Assembly (NCBI GenBank): GCA_043228905.1 | Contig: JBHGNT010000009.1 | Location: forward strand, 8,184,001-8,248,000 | From: Azolla caroliniana | Taxonomy: Eukaryota; Plantae; Polypodiophyta | Direction of reading: 5' to 3' | DNA: 64,000 bases | Shown here: positions 24,113 through 37,333 of the stretch, in pieces | Layout of the letters: every line of letters starts with the position of its first letter | Numbering within the stretch: position 1 is the first letter of the stretch | Translations under genes and position numbers: made by a program | Notes under the pieces: generated by a model | Told to the model about the DNA's origin: nothing | The model's input: only the letters and a program-made list of their open reading frames with translations | The model's database searches: none

Positions 24113-24950
24113 AATCATATAAACATTAGAGTTACGAAAGAATTTAAAGATGAAGGCTTTGGACGTAAGGGTGTAGGTTTAACTTAATAACGGGAGATGA
24201 TTGGCGATGGGATCGTCAAGGGCGGTATTGTATAGACATGTATAGTTTGGGAATAGATGATATCATTTAGTTTTAAGAAAGGGTTTTGGACATGCTGGAA
24301 TGACATTTCTAGAGAAAAATGTTACATATCCTATAATTTTGGTATCACCGACTTATGACCTTTACCAACGACCCAAATTTGTCATGATAATGCCATGCTT
24401 ATTATAAATTTATATGTGTCATGTTCGATAATGGTAGCAAATGATTTATTATTATTATTTGTGTGTGTGTGTGTGTGTGATTTCAATTTACTCAAATTAT
24501 GTCTTAGGTGATCTTTTCTTAGTCTTCAAAATTTTCTCCAACGGGAATTAATTGCCTAACACTTTTCCACATACGTATGATTGGACATTTTTTTCTTCAA
24601 GGGCAAGAAAACCAAATGTGACATTTCGTAACTCTTCATTTCAATCAATTGTACAATTTGTTCTTGGTTTTCGAATTTTTTTGAGAGAAATGAATTCGTA
24701 TATCATTTTTTTCATTGTAACACGGTACTTCTCTTTATGTTAAATTTCAACATTCTTTTCTTGAAAGAGAAGGAATACGAATATGAAAAGGTAAGGTGAC
24801 ATTTCGTTGCTCTTCATTCAATCTAGTGCACAACAAGCTAGAAGAAAATGCACCAAGCCATCCCATGATATTGTATTTGTATGTTGATTTTATTATTGCG
24901 AAACCACTAGAAGAATAGGGTTGAACATTCTCTCTCTCTTTTTATCACAA

Positions 24951-25300
24951 TTAGCTTATCCTAATGGTAAGTTGTTACACTATAAGTACTAGTTCTCACC
25001 TCTTTATTACTTTATAAATATCTCTTAATTCACTAGATACCACTCTAGAATGTAGGGGTTGAACCCATGAGCTCTTAGTCTCCATTAGGCAACCTTACCT
25101 ACTGAGCTCTCTTTGTCTCTCTTTTGTCTTTGTCTTTGTCTCTTCATAATTAGCTTGCTTTAGTGGTATGTTGCTACGCTAATAGCACTATGTCTTGGGT
25201 TTGAAACCCAAATTTCTCACTTGTTTATTACTTCACACATATCTCTGAATTTACTAGATGCTATTGTGGAATGTAGGGGTTGAACCCATGACCTATGGTC
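24951..25300. mobile_element. Two tandem copies of a ~160-bp SINE/MITE-like repeat with tRNA-like heads; inverted third copy ~28050-28185
   Basis: Shared core CTAGAT(A/G)C..T.T.GAATGTAGGGGTTGAACCCATGA; minus-strand AGCTCAGTAGG...GGTTCAACCCC; plus-strand TAGTGGT...GGTTTGAAACC; flanked by CT tracts. Confidence 0.55.
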
Positions 25301-25963
25301 TCTCTCTCTCTCAAACCACTATTACAACTTGTAAGTCATCTTTATGTATCTACATAGAGAGATGCGTATTCATATCATTACAAACCATGAATATGCCTCT
25401 CAACATTCCATACCTTTCTTATCATACCAAATGACGAATGTGATACCCAACTAACTTACATACTCGTATCTCTTCGTGATCGAATATGCTTGACATCTCC
25501 AACAATGAAAATTGCCATAAAAGGAACCCAATCAATCTCAGCAAATCACATAACGGTGTACTCCACTTTGTTCATCAAATATAAAAGCATTTCGCATATG
25601 TATGCCAAATAAACGAAAGCCCATAATATCCAAAATAATCCAAACTAATGTCTTGGTTTTCTCCTTTTAGCTATAATTTGCATATAAAAAGCTAGATAGA
25701 ACTATTTAATGCCTTTAAATGCCACACACACATGTCACACACACACAAGACTCCCCATGTGAATAGTGTGTGTAATGGTGTGTACGTGGATGAATGACCA
25801 CTTCTCATTAGGCACAAACACAAGAAATAGGCGTGTAATGTACACTGTGTACCTTCCCCCCCCCCACGCCCTCCTATTCACCATCAATGGTGTTCTTGAG
25901 CTCCCTCCCTATAAATTTACAAACCCTAAAACACCCCACACCCACACAAAGAGTCTAGAAACC

Positions 25964-27763
25964 ATGCCAAACATTTTGGTACTAACCATCCCTGCAGTAG
26001 GCCACATCAATCCTTGTATCACCTTGGCCAATCTCCTCATCCCTCATGGCTTCACCTTCACCTTTGTCATCACTGAAGAGCTTGCAGGCATCCTTCCAAA
26101 CCTAGCTAATCAAGAAGAAGGAGACCTAACACAACTTGATAAGCCACCGATCCGATATGTCTTGTTCCCCGCCACCTCCTCGGATCTGGCGGCACAAGGG
26201 GCCCCGTCCGTGTCCCCATTCGCCCAACTGCTTGAGGTCATGAGGAGCATGCGTTCCTGGTTCGAAGATCTACTCCCTTCCTTGCTCCTCGGGCCCGAGC
26301 CCATCTCGTGTATCATCGCCGATTGGTTCGTGTGGTGGGCTACCGAAGTCGGCCAACGATTCGAGGTTCCCACATTCATCTTCTTTACCGCGAACTCGCA
26401 TACCATGTCTGCATTGCTTCACATTGATGAGTTCATCGCCTGTGGTGCCTCGCCCATGTCCGGTAATTATCACTTTCTACTGTCACAAATCCTCCCCCCC
26501 CCCCTCCAAACCCTATTACTAATGAACCAGTTAGTAATATTAGATCTAGATGTTTTGGAAGAGAGAAAATTTAGTTCTAATTCTAGATCTAGATGTTTCG
26601 GAAGTGGGTAAATTTAGTTAGTTCTAAAGAGCTTGACTAGAAACAAAATGCTAGTAGATTAGATCTGTAATCTTGACTGGTTTATGTTGTTAATAAGAAG
26701 GATTATTGCAAATAACCTCACATACCACTTAACTAGAAGAAATATTGTAGGTTAACTTCGAATGCTCTTTTGAATTTTTGTGTCATTAGGAAGCTCCAAA
26801 CCCTAATTCTAGATTTCTTTTTTGCTTGGCTTATGGTTAGATCCACAACAAATGATCGATTTCATCCCTAGTCTTCCCCCAATGCGAGCCGCCGACCTCC
26901 CACAGTCTATCCGAACAAACCCCTCTTTCGTGCTCGATGTGAAGAAAAACATCGCCAAAGCGGTCGGGGTGATCTTGAACACGGTGTATGAGCTCGAGCG
27001 AAAACCTATCGATCTTACAAGAAAGACAACCCCTGTCTATCCCATTGGCCCAATGTTGTGCATGTTGAGCCCTACCAAAAAAATTCTCGTCAAAGACACC
27101 ATCTCCCTACGGACCGAGGACAGAGAGTGCCTTACCTGGCTGGATATAGGACTCCCTTCTTCGGTTCTATTTATGTCATTCGGAAGTTTGGCGAACTCGA
27201 GTGCCGATCAACTGAAAGAGATCGCTGAGGGCCTCGAGGCAAGTGGGCAGCCGTTTCTATGGGTTATCCGGTCGGACATTGCCGAAGAGCACCCATTGTC
27301 GAGTGTTCTCCCCGAGGGCTTCGTGGAGAGAACCAAAGGGCAGGGCCGCATCATCTCATGGGCCCCTCAATTGGAGGTCTTGTCCCATCCGTCCGTCGGC
27401 GGTTTCCTCACTCATTGCGGATGGAACTCGATAATCGAGAACCTCTCCACGGGATGTGTTCCTATGCTATGTTGGCCACAAATCGCGGAGCAAAGACTTA
27501 ATGCCAGGATATTGGTCGACGAGTGGAGAGTAGGCTTGGATATCGAGGCAGGTAACATTGTGAAAGCATCCACAATAGAGAAGGCGGTCGTCGAACTAAT
27601 GCAAGGGGACACGGGAAAGGAGATTAACAAGAGAATTCGAGTTCTCAAGGAAGTTGTCTCACAATCTGTACAAGATGGTGGATCCTCTCCTCGCTATCTT
27701 CGGTCCCTGGTGGAAGACTTGAAAAACGCATGTCAAACGTTAGACTCAAGAAAGAAGATTTGA
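25964..27763 (+). CDS. UGT-B: paralogous UDP-glycosyltransferase, exons 25964-26462 and 26841-27763 (473 aa)
   Basis: PAVGHINP, IIAD, phase-1 intron 26463-26840 at the same position as in UGT-A, PSPG box ending AEQ; TATA-like CTATAAAT about 55 nt upstream. Confidence 0.95.
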
Positions 27764-30529
27764 CTAATTGGCGATCCTTGTAGCAAAAGCAGTGTAGGTG
27801 TCCAAGTCAAGCCAAGTCCTGTGGTCAGTCAATGGAGTACATTAAAGTCATAAAAGTCATGGGAATTTACATGAGGCCATACGAATTGTTTGATGTTCCA
27901 AATAACTTTAGTAGTCTACTTTCCATAACAAATTAATTAAGATGAATAACATAATAAATAAGTCTTGTCTCTTTTTTTATAAAATTCAAGTACATACCAA
28001 TTTATTTTTTTTTGTTAATGGGACTAACGTACTACAAAGTACATATAGAAACCCTACATTCTATAGTGGCATCTAGTAAATTAAGAAATTAACATAACAA
28101 AAGAAACAATGATTGTTGAGTGGCCGTAAACCTAAAGTCTTAGAGTTGGTACTCTAACAACTTAGCACTAGGGTAGGGTATTGACAAAAAATAAAAAGAG
28201 TCTTTTTCCATTACAATTTCTAATAATCAATAGATCATTTGAAGATAAAGAAAAGAAACTTTAGCTTTTTTTTCTGGATAAAAAAAACTTTAACTCATAA
28301 AGTTAGACCATTTGAAGATAAAGAAAAAAAACTTTAGCTTCTCATTAGGTCATCCAATCATGTATATTTCTATATCATGTTAATATCTTTTCTAATGAGG
28401 GATTCTCATAATAGAAGAGTGTGACATGAGGGAAGCCGAGCAATACTGTGGCCCACAAATTCCCGAGAAGAGAGAAGACATCCCAATTATAAGTTCACAC
28501 TTCAATAAATAGAAATATCGTAGTCATAGTCAAGAATAATATAAAATGAAGAAGATGATAAGGAAAGAGAAGAGAAGTAAGTGGAGTTCCAAAAGTGAAA
28601 CATGGAATACTAGATGAAGATGCATGTGAGGGGGATCGAGATGAAATGTAACTTCATTGATTTGGTTAATGATAATGTATAGACTAAGATGTTGAAAATC
28701 TAACTTGTTTGCATGGGCAAATGGTCTTTATGCTGCTTCTTAAGAGCCATAGCCAATCCCCAACTCAAAATTGAGGCCTCCCATGAAGAAGATGACCCTT
28801 ACAATCATAATCAATTTTCAACAATGGAACTTTTTGAGATTTCTTGATGTTCAAGCATCATCCAATAGGGATGGGATTTTGTGTTGGCAAACAAGGGAGT
28901 ATTCCCATTAGAAGAATGTAAGAAAACTTTGCAAAATGGAAAACCCCAATACAATCATCTTGTTGGTAGTCGATGCAACAATGAAGATATTGTTGTTATG
29001 AACACATATCAAAACTCCAAAACCATGATAGAAATTTGAATCCATGACCACTTCAAAGAATATGTGTAACCTTAACCATTAAGAAAGATCATATTATACA
29101 CAAGACTTTTATTAGATCATCTAGAACATATATGTAATATTTTGGAATGTCGTCACCTTGCACATGCTAATGCATGATCATCAAGCATTGGGCTTACATG
29201 AATGTAAAGTGACATACTTGAATGAATGCCAAGTGGCTATCATGCATGCGTTTGAGATGGTGAACATGCACATGTGCAAACCATGCTATTTAAGCATGTG
29301 TTCAAGTATTAATGAACCATTCTAGTTTGATGCCAATATTCAACATATTCTTGTAACCCTTGTTCTTATTGTAAAAAAATTTGCTAATCTCCCCTTATTT
29401 CTCTCTTTTCATTCCCTTCTTCAAGCTGATTTTGTTCTTGGCTACGACCCTAACAATTTGAACTCTAGAACAAACCCTTCTTCAATCTTTTTTTTCCCCG
29501 AGCAACTTCTCATCCTATCTTCTCATAACCATTGCAACAATAAGTGAACAAGAATATATGCACATTTTTTATGATCGAGAATGCTTAAAAACCAACTTCA
29601 TGGCCCTAGACTAGGAGAATCAAAGGCTTCTTGTAGGGGATTTACAACAAGTGAATGTTTAGAAAGTTCAGCAACATGAGCTTGAATTAATTCATATGCT
29701 TATTGATTCAAATCACAATGATCTGATGCCCAATCAATTCGCACAAGGTATCGTGAATCATATCATTGTAGATAATGCTTATTGTTTGAGGTCTAAAGTT
29801 TCTCATAAAGGTTACAAGGAGTTCTGTTGGCATGAAATTTTACTGTTTTGAAATAATTTGCTTTATTTCTCTAATGGTCTTTCTTGGCTCTTATATTTAC
29901 AACATTTCCATGACATGCAAATGCCTTACATTTTGGAGCCTGCAAGACTTTGGAATTAGTTCCTTGAAGCTATTGGTGACTGTTACTTCGTAACTATGTT
30001 GAGGACTACATTTGTACTCATTATGCATGTTGTGAATCGAAGTGTCTGTAATACACAACTAAAGGAGCTTAAGCGATTGGAGTTTCATGTCATTTGGGAC
30101 ATAGGTATATTTTATAGACGACTTTCTGATAAGGTGGAGTGGTTTTACTCAGCACCAAAGTATTTATTTCAGCCAATGGTTAGAATTTAGAAAACAAGGG
30201 ATTAGTATATATTGTATTATATAGCCCTTACAATGTTTTCTGATATTAATTTAATATCTTTTTTTGGAAAAAAAGTGTCCTTGATATCGACCATATGGGT
30301 TATTCCAACTCTTACGAGTTCCCACTACAATAGAAAGAGGCATTAATGATGCCAAAACTCATCGATATTGTCACATCATAATGCAATACTTTTAGCAATG
30401 AGTTTTGTGATGAGGTTTTGCTAAGCAACACACACATAGTGTTGCACATTGATATACGAGTGAAGTCCTAAAACGATTATTTTCAAGCCTATAAATAAAG
30501 ACCACCGTCTCATTCTCTCTCCCATTTTA

Positions 30530-30748
30530 CAGAGTCAAAAGATACTCAGAATCGAAGGCTCATCAGAGTCGAAAGATCGTTAGAGTCGAAGGCTTTGCAG
30601 AGTCAAAAGGTCATTACAGTTGAAGTTTTGGTAGAGACGAAAAATCGTCACACTCGAAGGCTCTATAGAGTCGAAGGTAGGTAAGAGTTGAAGGCTCTAT
30701 AGAGTTGAAGGTTGTCAAAGTCGAAGATAGGTCAGAGTTGAATGTAGT
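30530..30748. repeat. 17-bp minisatellite, about 13 units ((C/T)AGAGTCGAAGG-N5)
   Basis: Directly visible periodicity; preceded by CCTATAAATA near 30488. Confidence 0.85.
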
Positions 30749-32123
30749 AGCGATCTGAATAGTAAATTATGTGTGAGACTAATATGTAATTAACCCAAAG
30801 AACTTGAGATTATGAATGGATTCTACAATACTAAGTACATATTGTCTTCGTTATGGGTTACAAACATTGTATTATGAAAGAAATCCTCTTTATAAAATTG
30901 GGTTTACAAGATTTTAGAGTTTTTTATTACAACGAAGGTAAATTTTCAGAAATTAAACATGAACTAAGAATCCTATATTTCCTGAAAAAGAAAGTAAATA
31001 AACCCTAAAGCAGCAAGTATGTACGCATAATGATGCACCATGTACTCGTTGTATCCGAACCGCACAATGGGGTTCTTCTGGGGGGTAGATCGGCATAATT
31101 CCTCATTAGCCAATTTTGAGGCCCTCTTGGCCGATGCGGACTTCGTGTCCGAAGGTCCATCTTCGTTCATCTCGGAGCTGGATTCACTTTGATCCGACTC
31201 GTCTCTATCAGTGCCGTACTCCAACATCTTTTTCTTCCCCTTCTGTTTGCGCGTAAATCGTCTCCTCGGCTTCCTGCGCGGGAAATGCACGACCGAGTCT
31301 CCACTACTCGCCGTCTTTGTGTCTGACTGGTCATGCCGACTCAGTTGCTCATTTGGCCCACTTAGCCTGAATGAGATCAGACTCTCTTCAAGAGCTCCGA
31401 TGTCTCCTTTGTCCCGAGGCATTTCAGAATGGAGTCGTCAAGGGTTGGAGGTGAAGGCAAGTACCATGACGCAGACTCGTCAAAGACAACATCACGACTT
31501 ACGCGAGCTTGTTTGGTTTGGGGGTTATAACACTTATAACCCTTTTGTTCATCCGAGTAGCCAACCAAGATACACTTCTCGTCTTTGGCGTCCAACTTCC
31601 TCCATTTCTCCTTCGGTACATGCACATACGCGATGCTACCGAAAACCCTCAAGTGTGCCAAGTTCGGCTTCTTCTTGAAGTACAACTCATGTAGCGACAC
31701 TCCTCCATTGCAAGATGCCCGATTCTGGAGGTAGACGGCTGTTCTGATCACTTCAGCCCAATAGAACTTCGGCAGATGCTTCTCTTCAAGCATTGCCCTT
31801 GCCGCCTTCTCTATCGTCCGATTCTTCCTCTCGGCCACACCGTTCTGCTGCGGCGTGTATATACACAAGAATTCGCGTCGAATTCCCTCATTGTGTAGAT
31901 AACTCGGGAATTGGTCGGAGAAGTACTCCTTCCCACCATTGGAACTTAAGCACTTGATCTTTTGCTCGGTTTCCCTTTCGAGCAAGGCTCTTCACCTTCA
32001 GGAAACACGCGAAGACTTCACTCTTTTTCGTGATCAAGCACACCCAAGTGTGCCGAGTGAAGTCATCGATGAAGGTTATGAAGTAACGGCTTCCTCCGAT
32101 GCTCACGTTCGGTGCCGGTCCCC

Positions 32124-35100
32124 TATTAAGTAATTAGGTAATTAACTAGGGTTAATTAGAGACTAATTATATGGTTACATTAAGCAACGAAAGATTAGTA
32201 TGATATGCACGTGAGAGTGTGTGAGAGGAAGAGAGAGAGAGAGAGAGAGAAAGTTACACTTGAACACAAAGATAAATGGGGGATGATTGACTATATTGAA
32301 AAGTGTCATCAACATACAAAAATACCCACAATGAGGTATATATACAACCCATGTGCAAAGGTGCACATGTGTGGGTAGAACATAGGTACTTATGTGTAAG
32401 TCCTACATTAAATGTACTAAGGAGTGGAGGATCTAGAATATCCCACTTAAGTACAAGGTCCTATTTAAAGGCTTAAGGTCAACACATTAACTAGATTCGA
32501 TCTAGGTAACTACTAAGTTACATATGTTGACTAACTAGATTAAACTAGTTGAGCTTGATATCTCAACACGCCCCCTCAAGCTCAAGTGTGAGGCGTCCAA
32601 CGTCCAGTTTAGCTTCCTTCGGCTTCGTCGACATCGGTGCGGCTTGAGGCTTTCTTCGCGTCGTTGCACGGCTCTCCGCGGCTTTGTTGCGCGGTGTTGC
32701 GCGGCTTATTCTCCCCCTCAAGCCTGTGACGAAGGCTTGGATCCTCGGGCTCTTGTTCGGCCACTACCTTCATCGCGAGGGCATAGTGATGGGCCATATA
32801 CTCGTTCTAGGCGTAACGAGTGACTTGGGTCTTTGCTCGTGATGAGCGGCGGAGTTTCTCATTTGTTGATGTCAGTGCCTTCTTTACTCCGGATGTCCTC
32901 ATGATGGGTACACCGAACTCACTGTTTAGTGAGCGAGCCGAATCATCCGAATCACAGTCGTCGGGGTGGACCTCGACTTCGTATTCGGGCATCTTACCTT
33001 TGCCTTTGTCTGATGTCGGACTTGGCCGCGACTTGTTTTCATCGTGTGGAGGCTCTTGTGGGCCAATTAGCTCGGTAGAGCTTGGATTGTCCTTCGGTGG
33101 AGGACTTGGCTGAGTTTCTTCGTCCGAGTTGGCGTTCAACTCTTCCTCGATCGGGTCGGATGGAGTTGCATCGGGCTTATACCAAGATGCCGATTCGTTG
33201 AAAACGACGTCGCGACTTATCCGCACCGCCCAGGTAGAAGGGTTGAAGCACTTGTACGCCTTTTTCGCGGACAAGTATCCTATGAGGATACATTCTTCCG
33301 ACTTCGCGTCGGGCTTCTCTTGACTTTCGTTCGGGATGCGTACATTCGCAATGCTTCCGAACACCTTGAGGTGCGAGAGGATGGGCTTTCTTCCAACGAA
33401 GATCTTGTATGGAGTAAGCTCGTGCACGCTATTTGTGGTGCATCGATTCATGAGATAGACGGCCGTGGATGCCGCTTCCGCCCAATAGAAGTTCGGCATG
33501 TGCTTCTCACGCATCATGGCACGTGCTACCTCGAGTATTTGCCGATTCTTTCTCTCGGCTACTCCGTTTTGTTGGGGAGTGTGTCGGCATGCGAATTCTC
33601 TACGAATGCCTTCACCTTGGAGGTAGGAGGTGAACTCGTCGGAGAAGTACTCCTTTCCTCCGTCCGATCGTAGGCATCGAATGTGCCGACCGGTTTCTTT
33701 CTCCACTTGGCTTTTGAGCCTTTGAAAGTGGGAGAGCACTTCACTCTTCTTCTTCATCGGGTATATCCACGCGTAGCGCGAGTGGTTGTCGATGAAGGTG
33801 ACGTAGTAGCGGCATCCGCCGAGCGTCGGTGTTTGAGCCGGTCCCCATACGTCCGAGTGGATTATGTCAAGGAGGCCTTTGCTTGCGGAGCTCTCCTTCG
33901 GGAATGGGAGTCGATGTTGTTTGCCGAGTTGGCATGCTTCGCACACTTGGTCGACTCGTTTCGATTCGAAAGACGGAAGTCCGATTACGACTCCCTTTGA
34001 TTGCATTCCGCGAAGCTGTTGGAGGTTTACGTGGGCGATTCGCTTGTGCCACAACTCGATGTTTGTCTCGGTCTTGAGACCTTTGGCATACATGGCCGAT
34101 TTTACCTCGTTCGAGTCAAGGATGAACAAGCGATCGTCTCTCCGTCCCTTGGCTATGAGTCAACCGTCTTTCTCGATGAAGCAACCTTCATTGTTGAAGT
34201 GGACTTGCATGCCTTGCTCCACGATTTGGCCGACCGAGACCAAATTCTTTGTTATTGTGGGCACGTGCAAGACATTCTTGATGCAAGTTTGCTCGCCTTC
34301 TTTCCCGAATGGGACATCGCCGATGTGCCGAATGGGATGCAGAGTGTCGTCTCCGGTCTCTATGTAGCCGGGTCGATCCGGCGTTCGCAAGTCGCGAAAC
34401 CACTCTTGGTGCGACGTCATGTGGTGCGAGGCGCCGGAGTCTACGAACCACGCGTGTTCGGAGTTGGAGGTGCTTGCGGAGTTTGCGGGATCGGAGGGCA
34501 TCATAGAGTTCGCTCTATGCCTCATCACGAAGAGTCCACTGTAGTCCACGTATTCCGCGTTCGCGGCGTAATTTGTGAGTTGCCGGCTTGTTGAAGCTGA
34601 CTCGCTTCGTCTTTTTTGGCACTCCTCTTTGCGATGGACGATTCTGCCGCAATAGTTGCACGTAGGTGGCGTCATTCGCCGACCTTGTTCGGCATGGAAG
34701 CTCCCCCTTCTTGTGAAGGTTCCTCGATGGCTTCCGTTTCCTTGCCGAAGTTGTGAATGCCCTTCGTGGGATAGGTCGAATTGACCTCTTTCGCGTCAAC
34801 CTCGTCTATGGGCACCATTCGTATCGGAGAAGAGCATTTGTCCTTCCGATGTGTTGGTCTTTGGTTGAATGTGGTTTTCTTCGACCAATAGCATTGATTG
34901 GAGGTTGAAGAATGAGGGAGGGGTATCTCTCGCCAAGATTGCTGTTCTCAACGGGTTGAATCGTTGTGCGAGGCCGCCCAAGCATACTTGCACCATCTCG
35001 TCCTCGTCGATGTTGACGTTGATAGAGCCAAGAGAGTCGCAAATGCTCTTGATCTTGGCGGTGTAGTCCATCACGGACATTTCTTTTTGTCGTATGTTGT

Positions 35101-36051
35101 TCAACTCTTGCCGGAGTTGAAGCTTGCGCGCGGATGTGTCCGCGGCAAAAATCTTCTTGAGATTTTCCCACGCCTCTTTGGGCGTCTTGGTGTCACGAAT
35201 GTGGCTAAGCTTGTGGTCGTTTACACATGTTGCCAAACAATACATTACCCGACTCACGCCTTGCTCCCACGTTGGGTAGTTGGTGTGTGTGGTTTCAGGT
35301 TTGTTTTCTTGTGCGCCGTTATGTAGCTCCAATACCCTTGGCCGACAAGGTATTGATTCATCTTGTACTCCCAAGATGAATAGTTGCTTCGGTCTAGCTT
35401 TTCGCTAGGGAGTGAGCTTCCCATTTGTTTGTTTATGTTGATTGTTGTGTCTTCTGTTTTGTTTTTCTTCTCTTGGTCACGTACACGTCCTTCGTAGCGG
35501 CACTACGGTAGCGGATAGCGAATAGCCGGGATTTGTCGTCGGCGTCTTGAACACACAATCACAAATAAGCGGTGGGCTTAGTGGATTTCCTAAACCACAC
35601 GCTCTGATACCATGTTAAGTAATTAGGTAATTAACTAGGGTTAATTAGAGACTAATTATATGGTTACGTTAAGCAGTGAAAGATTAGTATGATATGCACG
35701 TGAGAGTGTGTGAGAGGAAGATAGAGAGAGAGAAAGTTACACTTGAACACAAAGATAAATGGGGGATGATTGACTATATTGAAAAGTGTCATCAACATAC
35801 AAAAATACCCACAATGAGGTATATATACAACCCATGTGCAAAGGTGCACATGTGTGCGTAGAACATAGGTACTTATGTGTAAGTCCTACATTAAATGTAC
35901 TAAGGAGTGGAGGATCTAGAATATCCCACTTAAGTACAAGGTCCTATTTAAAGGCTTAAGGTCAACACATTAACTAGATTCGATCTAGGTAACTACTAAG
36001 CTACATGTGTTGACTAACTAGATTAAACTAGTTGAGCTTGATATCTCAACA
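32124..36051 (-). mobile_element. Copia element with gag-PR-INT but no RT/RNase H
   Basis: LTRs 32124-32568 and 35613-36051 nearly identical; TSD TCCCC; iMet PBS TGGTATCAGAGC 35601-35612; PPT next to 32568. Confidence 0.95.
32609..35424 (-). pseudogene. Copia gag-protease-integrase, disrupted
   Basis: ORFs 34796-35374 (gag), 34160-34675 (knuckle and WFVDSGAS), 32807-34129 (GAG-pre-integrase and rve core). Confidence 0.9.
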
Positions 36052-37333
36052 TCCCCATACATCCGAATGAATCACATCAAGTGGATTTCGACTCCAATTA
36101 TGCTCGTTGGGGGATGGAAGTCAGTGTTGCTTCCCAAGTTGGCAGGCTTCATAGACTTGGCCATTCCAACGATTAAATTTCGGCAATCCGAAAACAATGT
36201 TCTTCGTCTGCATTTCATGAAGTCGCGGGAAATTAACATGGCTGAACCGGTTGTGCCATAGGTCGATGTCCAACTCGACTTTCTGTCCTTTCACAAACAA
36301 CGCGGCTCCGACTTCATTGGTGTTGAGGATGAACATCCTCCCTTCTCGGTGCCCTTGCACAATGACTTTCCCTTCTTCTTCGATGTAGCAACCGAGATGT
36401 GTGAATTGAACTTGCATCCCTTGGTCGACGATCTTTCCGACTGACACCAGGTTCATCGTTATTGTCGGGACGTGTAGCATGGTCATGAGTTTTTCGTTCT
36501 GTCTGACGTGGCTGATAGGAACTTCACCGACATGTTCGATGGTATGCGGAGTGTCGTCTCCATTTTCGACCACTCCTTGTTTTTCCGGTTTCTCCAAGTA
36601 CGAGAACCATTCCCTGTGACATGTCATATGATTTGACGCTCCGGAGTCAACATACCACACCTCGTTCGGTTTCAAGGTGTTCACCGCCATCGAATTGGCC
36701 TTGTGCTTCATTACGAAGGTTGGGTCTGATCCAATTTCGGCTCATTCGGAGTCTTCGGCGTAGTGCGATCGCTATTGATTTCCTTGTGCATTCCACCCGG
36801 ATCTGGATGCGGTTTTCTCCGAATCAATGCGTTTCTTCCAGCACTTGCTCTCCCTGTAGCCTTTCTTGTCACAGTACCAACATTCCACGACAGGCTTTCC
36901 TTTCCGGTTTCCGGCGCCTCCTCGACTCCCCCTGCTTTCGGAGGGTCCATAACTATTGTTGGCATTACAACCATGCCCTCCATCTTGCTCCTGTCGGCCG
37001 CCTCCATTGCACGCCAACTCACCTTGTCCGCCACGACCATGGGGCCTATCTTCCTCTGTGTACAACAACTTGCTGTCGGCGTGCGTACTTGTTGACGCAC
37101 CCACATGGTTATCCTCCACTAAGAGCATCGACTGTAAGTCGAAAAATGACGGCGTATTCTCCCTCATACAAACAACAGTTCAGAATGCTCCAAACTTTGA
37201 CGCCAACCCTCCTAGGCAAATTTGCACCATTTCGTCCTCCTCGACGTTTACATCGACGGAGGCGAGAGAGTCGCAGATGTCCTTGATCTTGGAGGTGTAA
37301 TCAACCGCCAAGAATCGAGGTGAGGAGATTCAA

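Larger units (their letters stand above)
31015..37310 (-). mobile_element. Older Copia fragment (gag-PR-INT), no LTRs seen, split by the 32124-36051 insertion
   Basis: Gag ENTPSFFDLQSML, knuckle CWYCDKKGYRESKC, PR WYVDSGAS, INT HSDVWG|GP...TPQQNGVAERKNRT. Confidence 0.88.

Noticed and set aside
22299-27763. Four separate UGT ORFs as shown in the ORF track
   Set aside because: GT-AG phase-1 introns join them into two complete genes; the track starts at 23150, 25766 and 26822 are not real starts.
28420-30430. Possible solo LTR (~29148-29455) and decayed coding sequence
   Set aside because: No TSD, partner LTR or recognisable protein motif could be established by eye.
30530-30748. Mini CRISPR-like array
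   Set aside because: The variable part is only 5 nt and recurs; this is an ordinary minisatellite.
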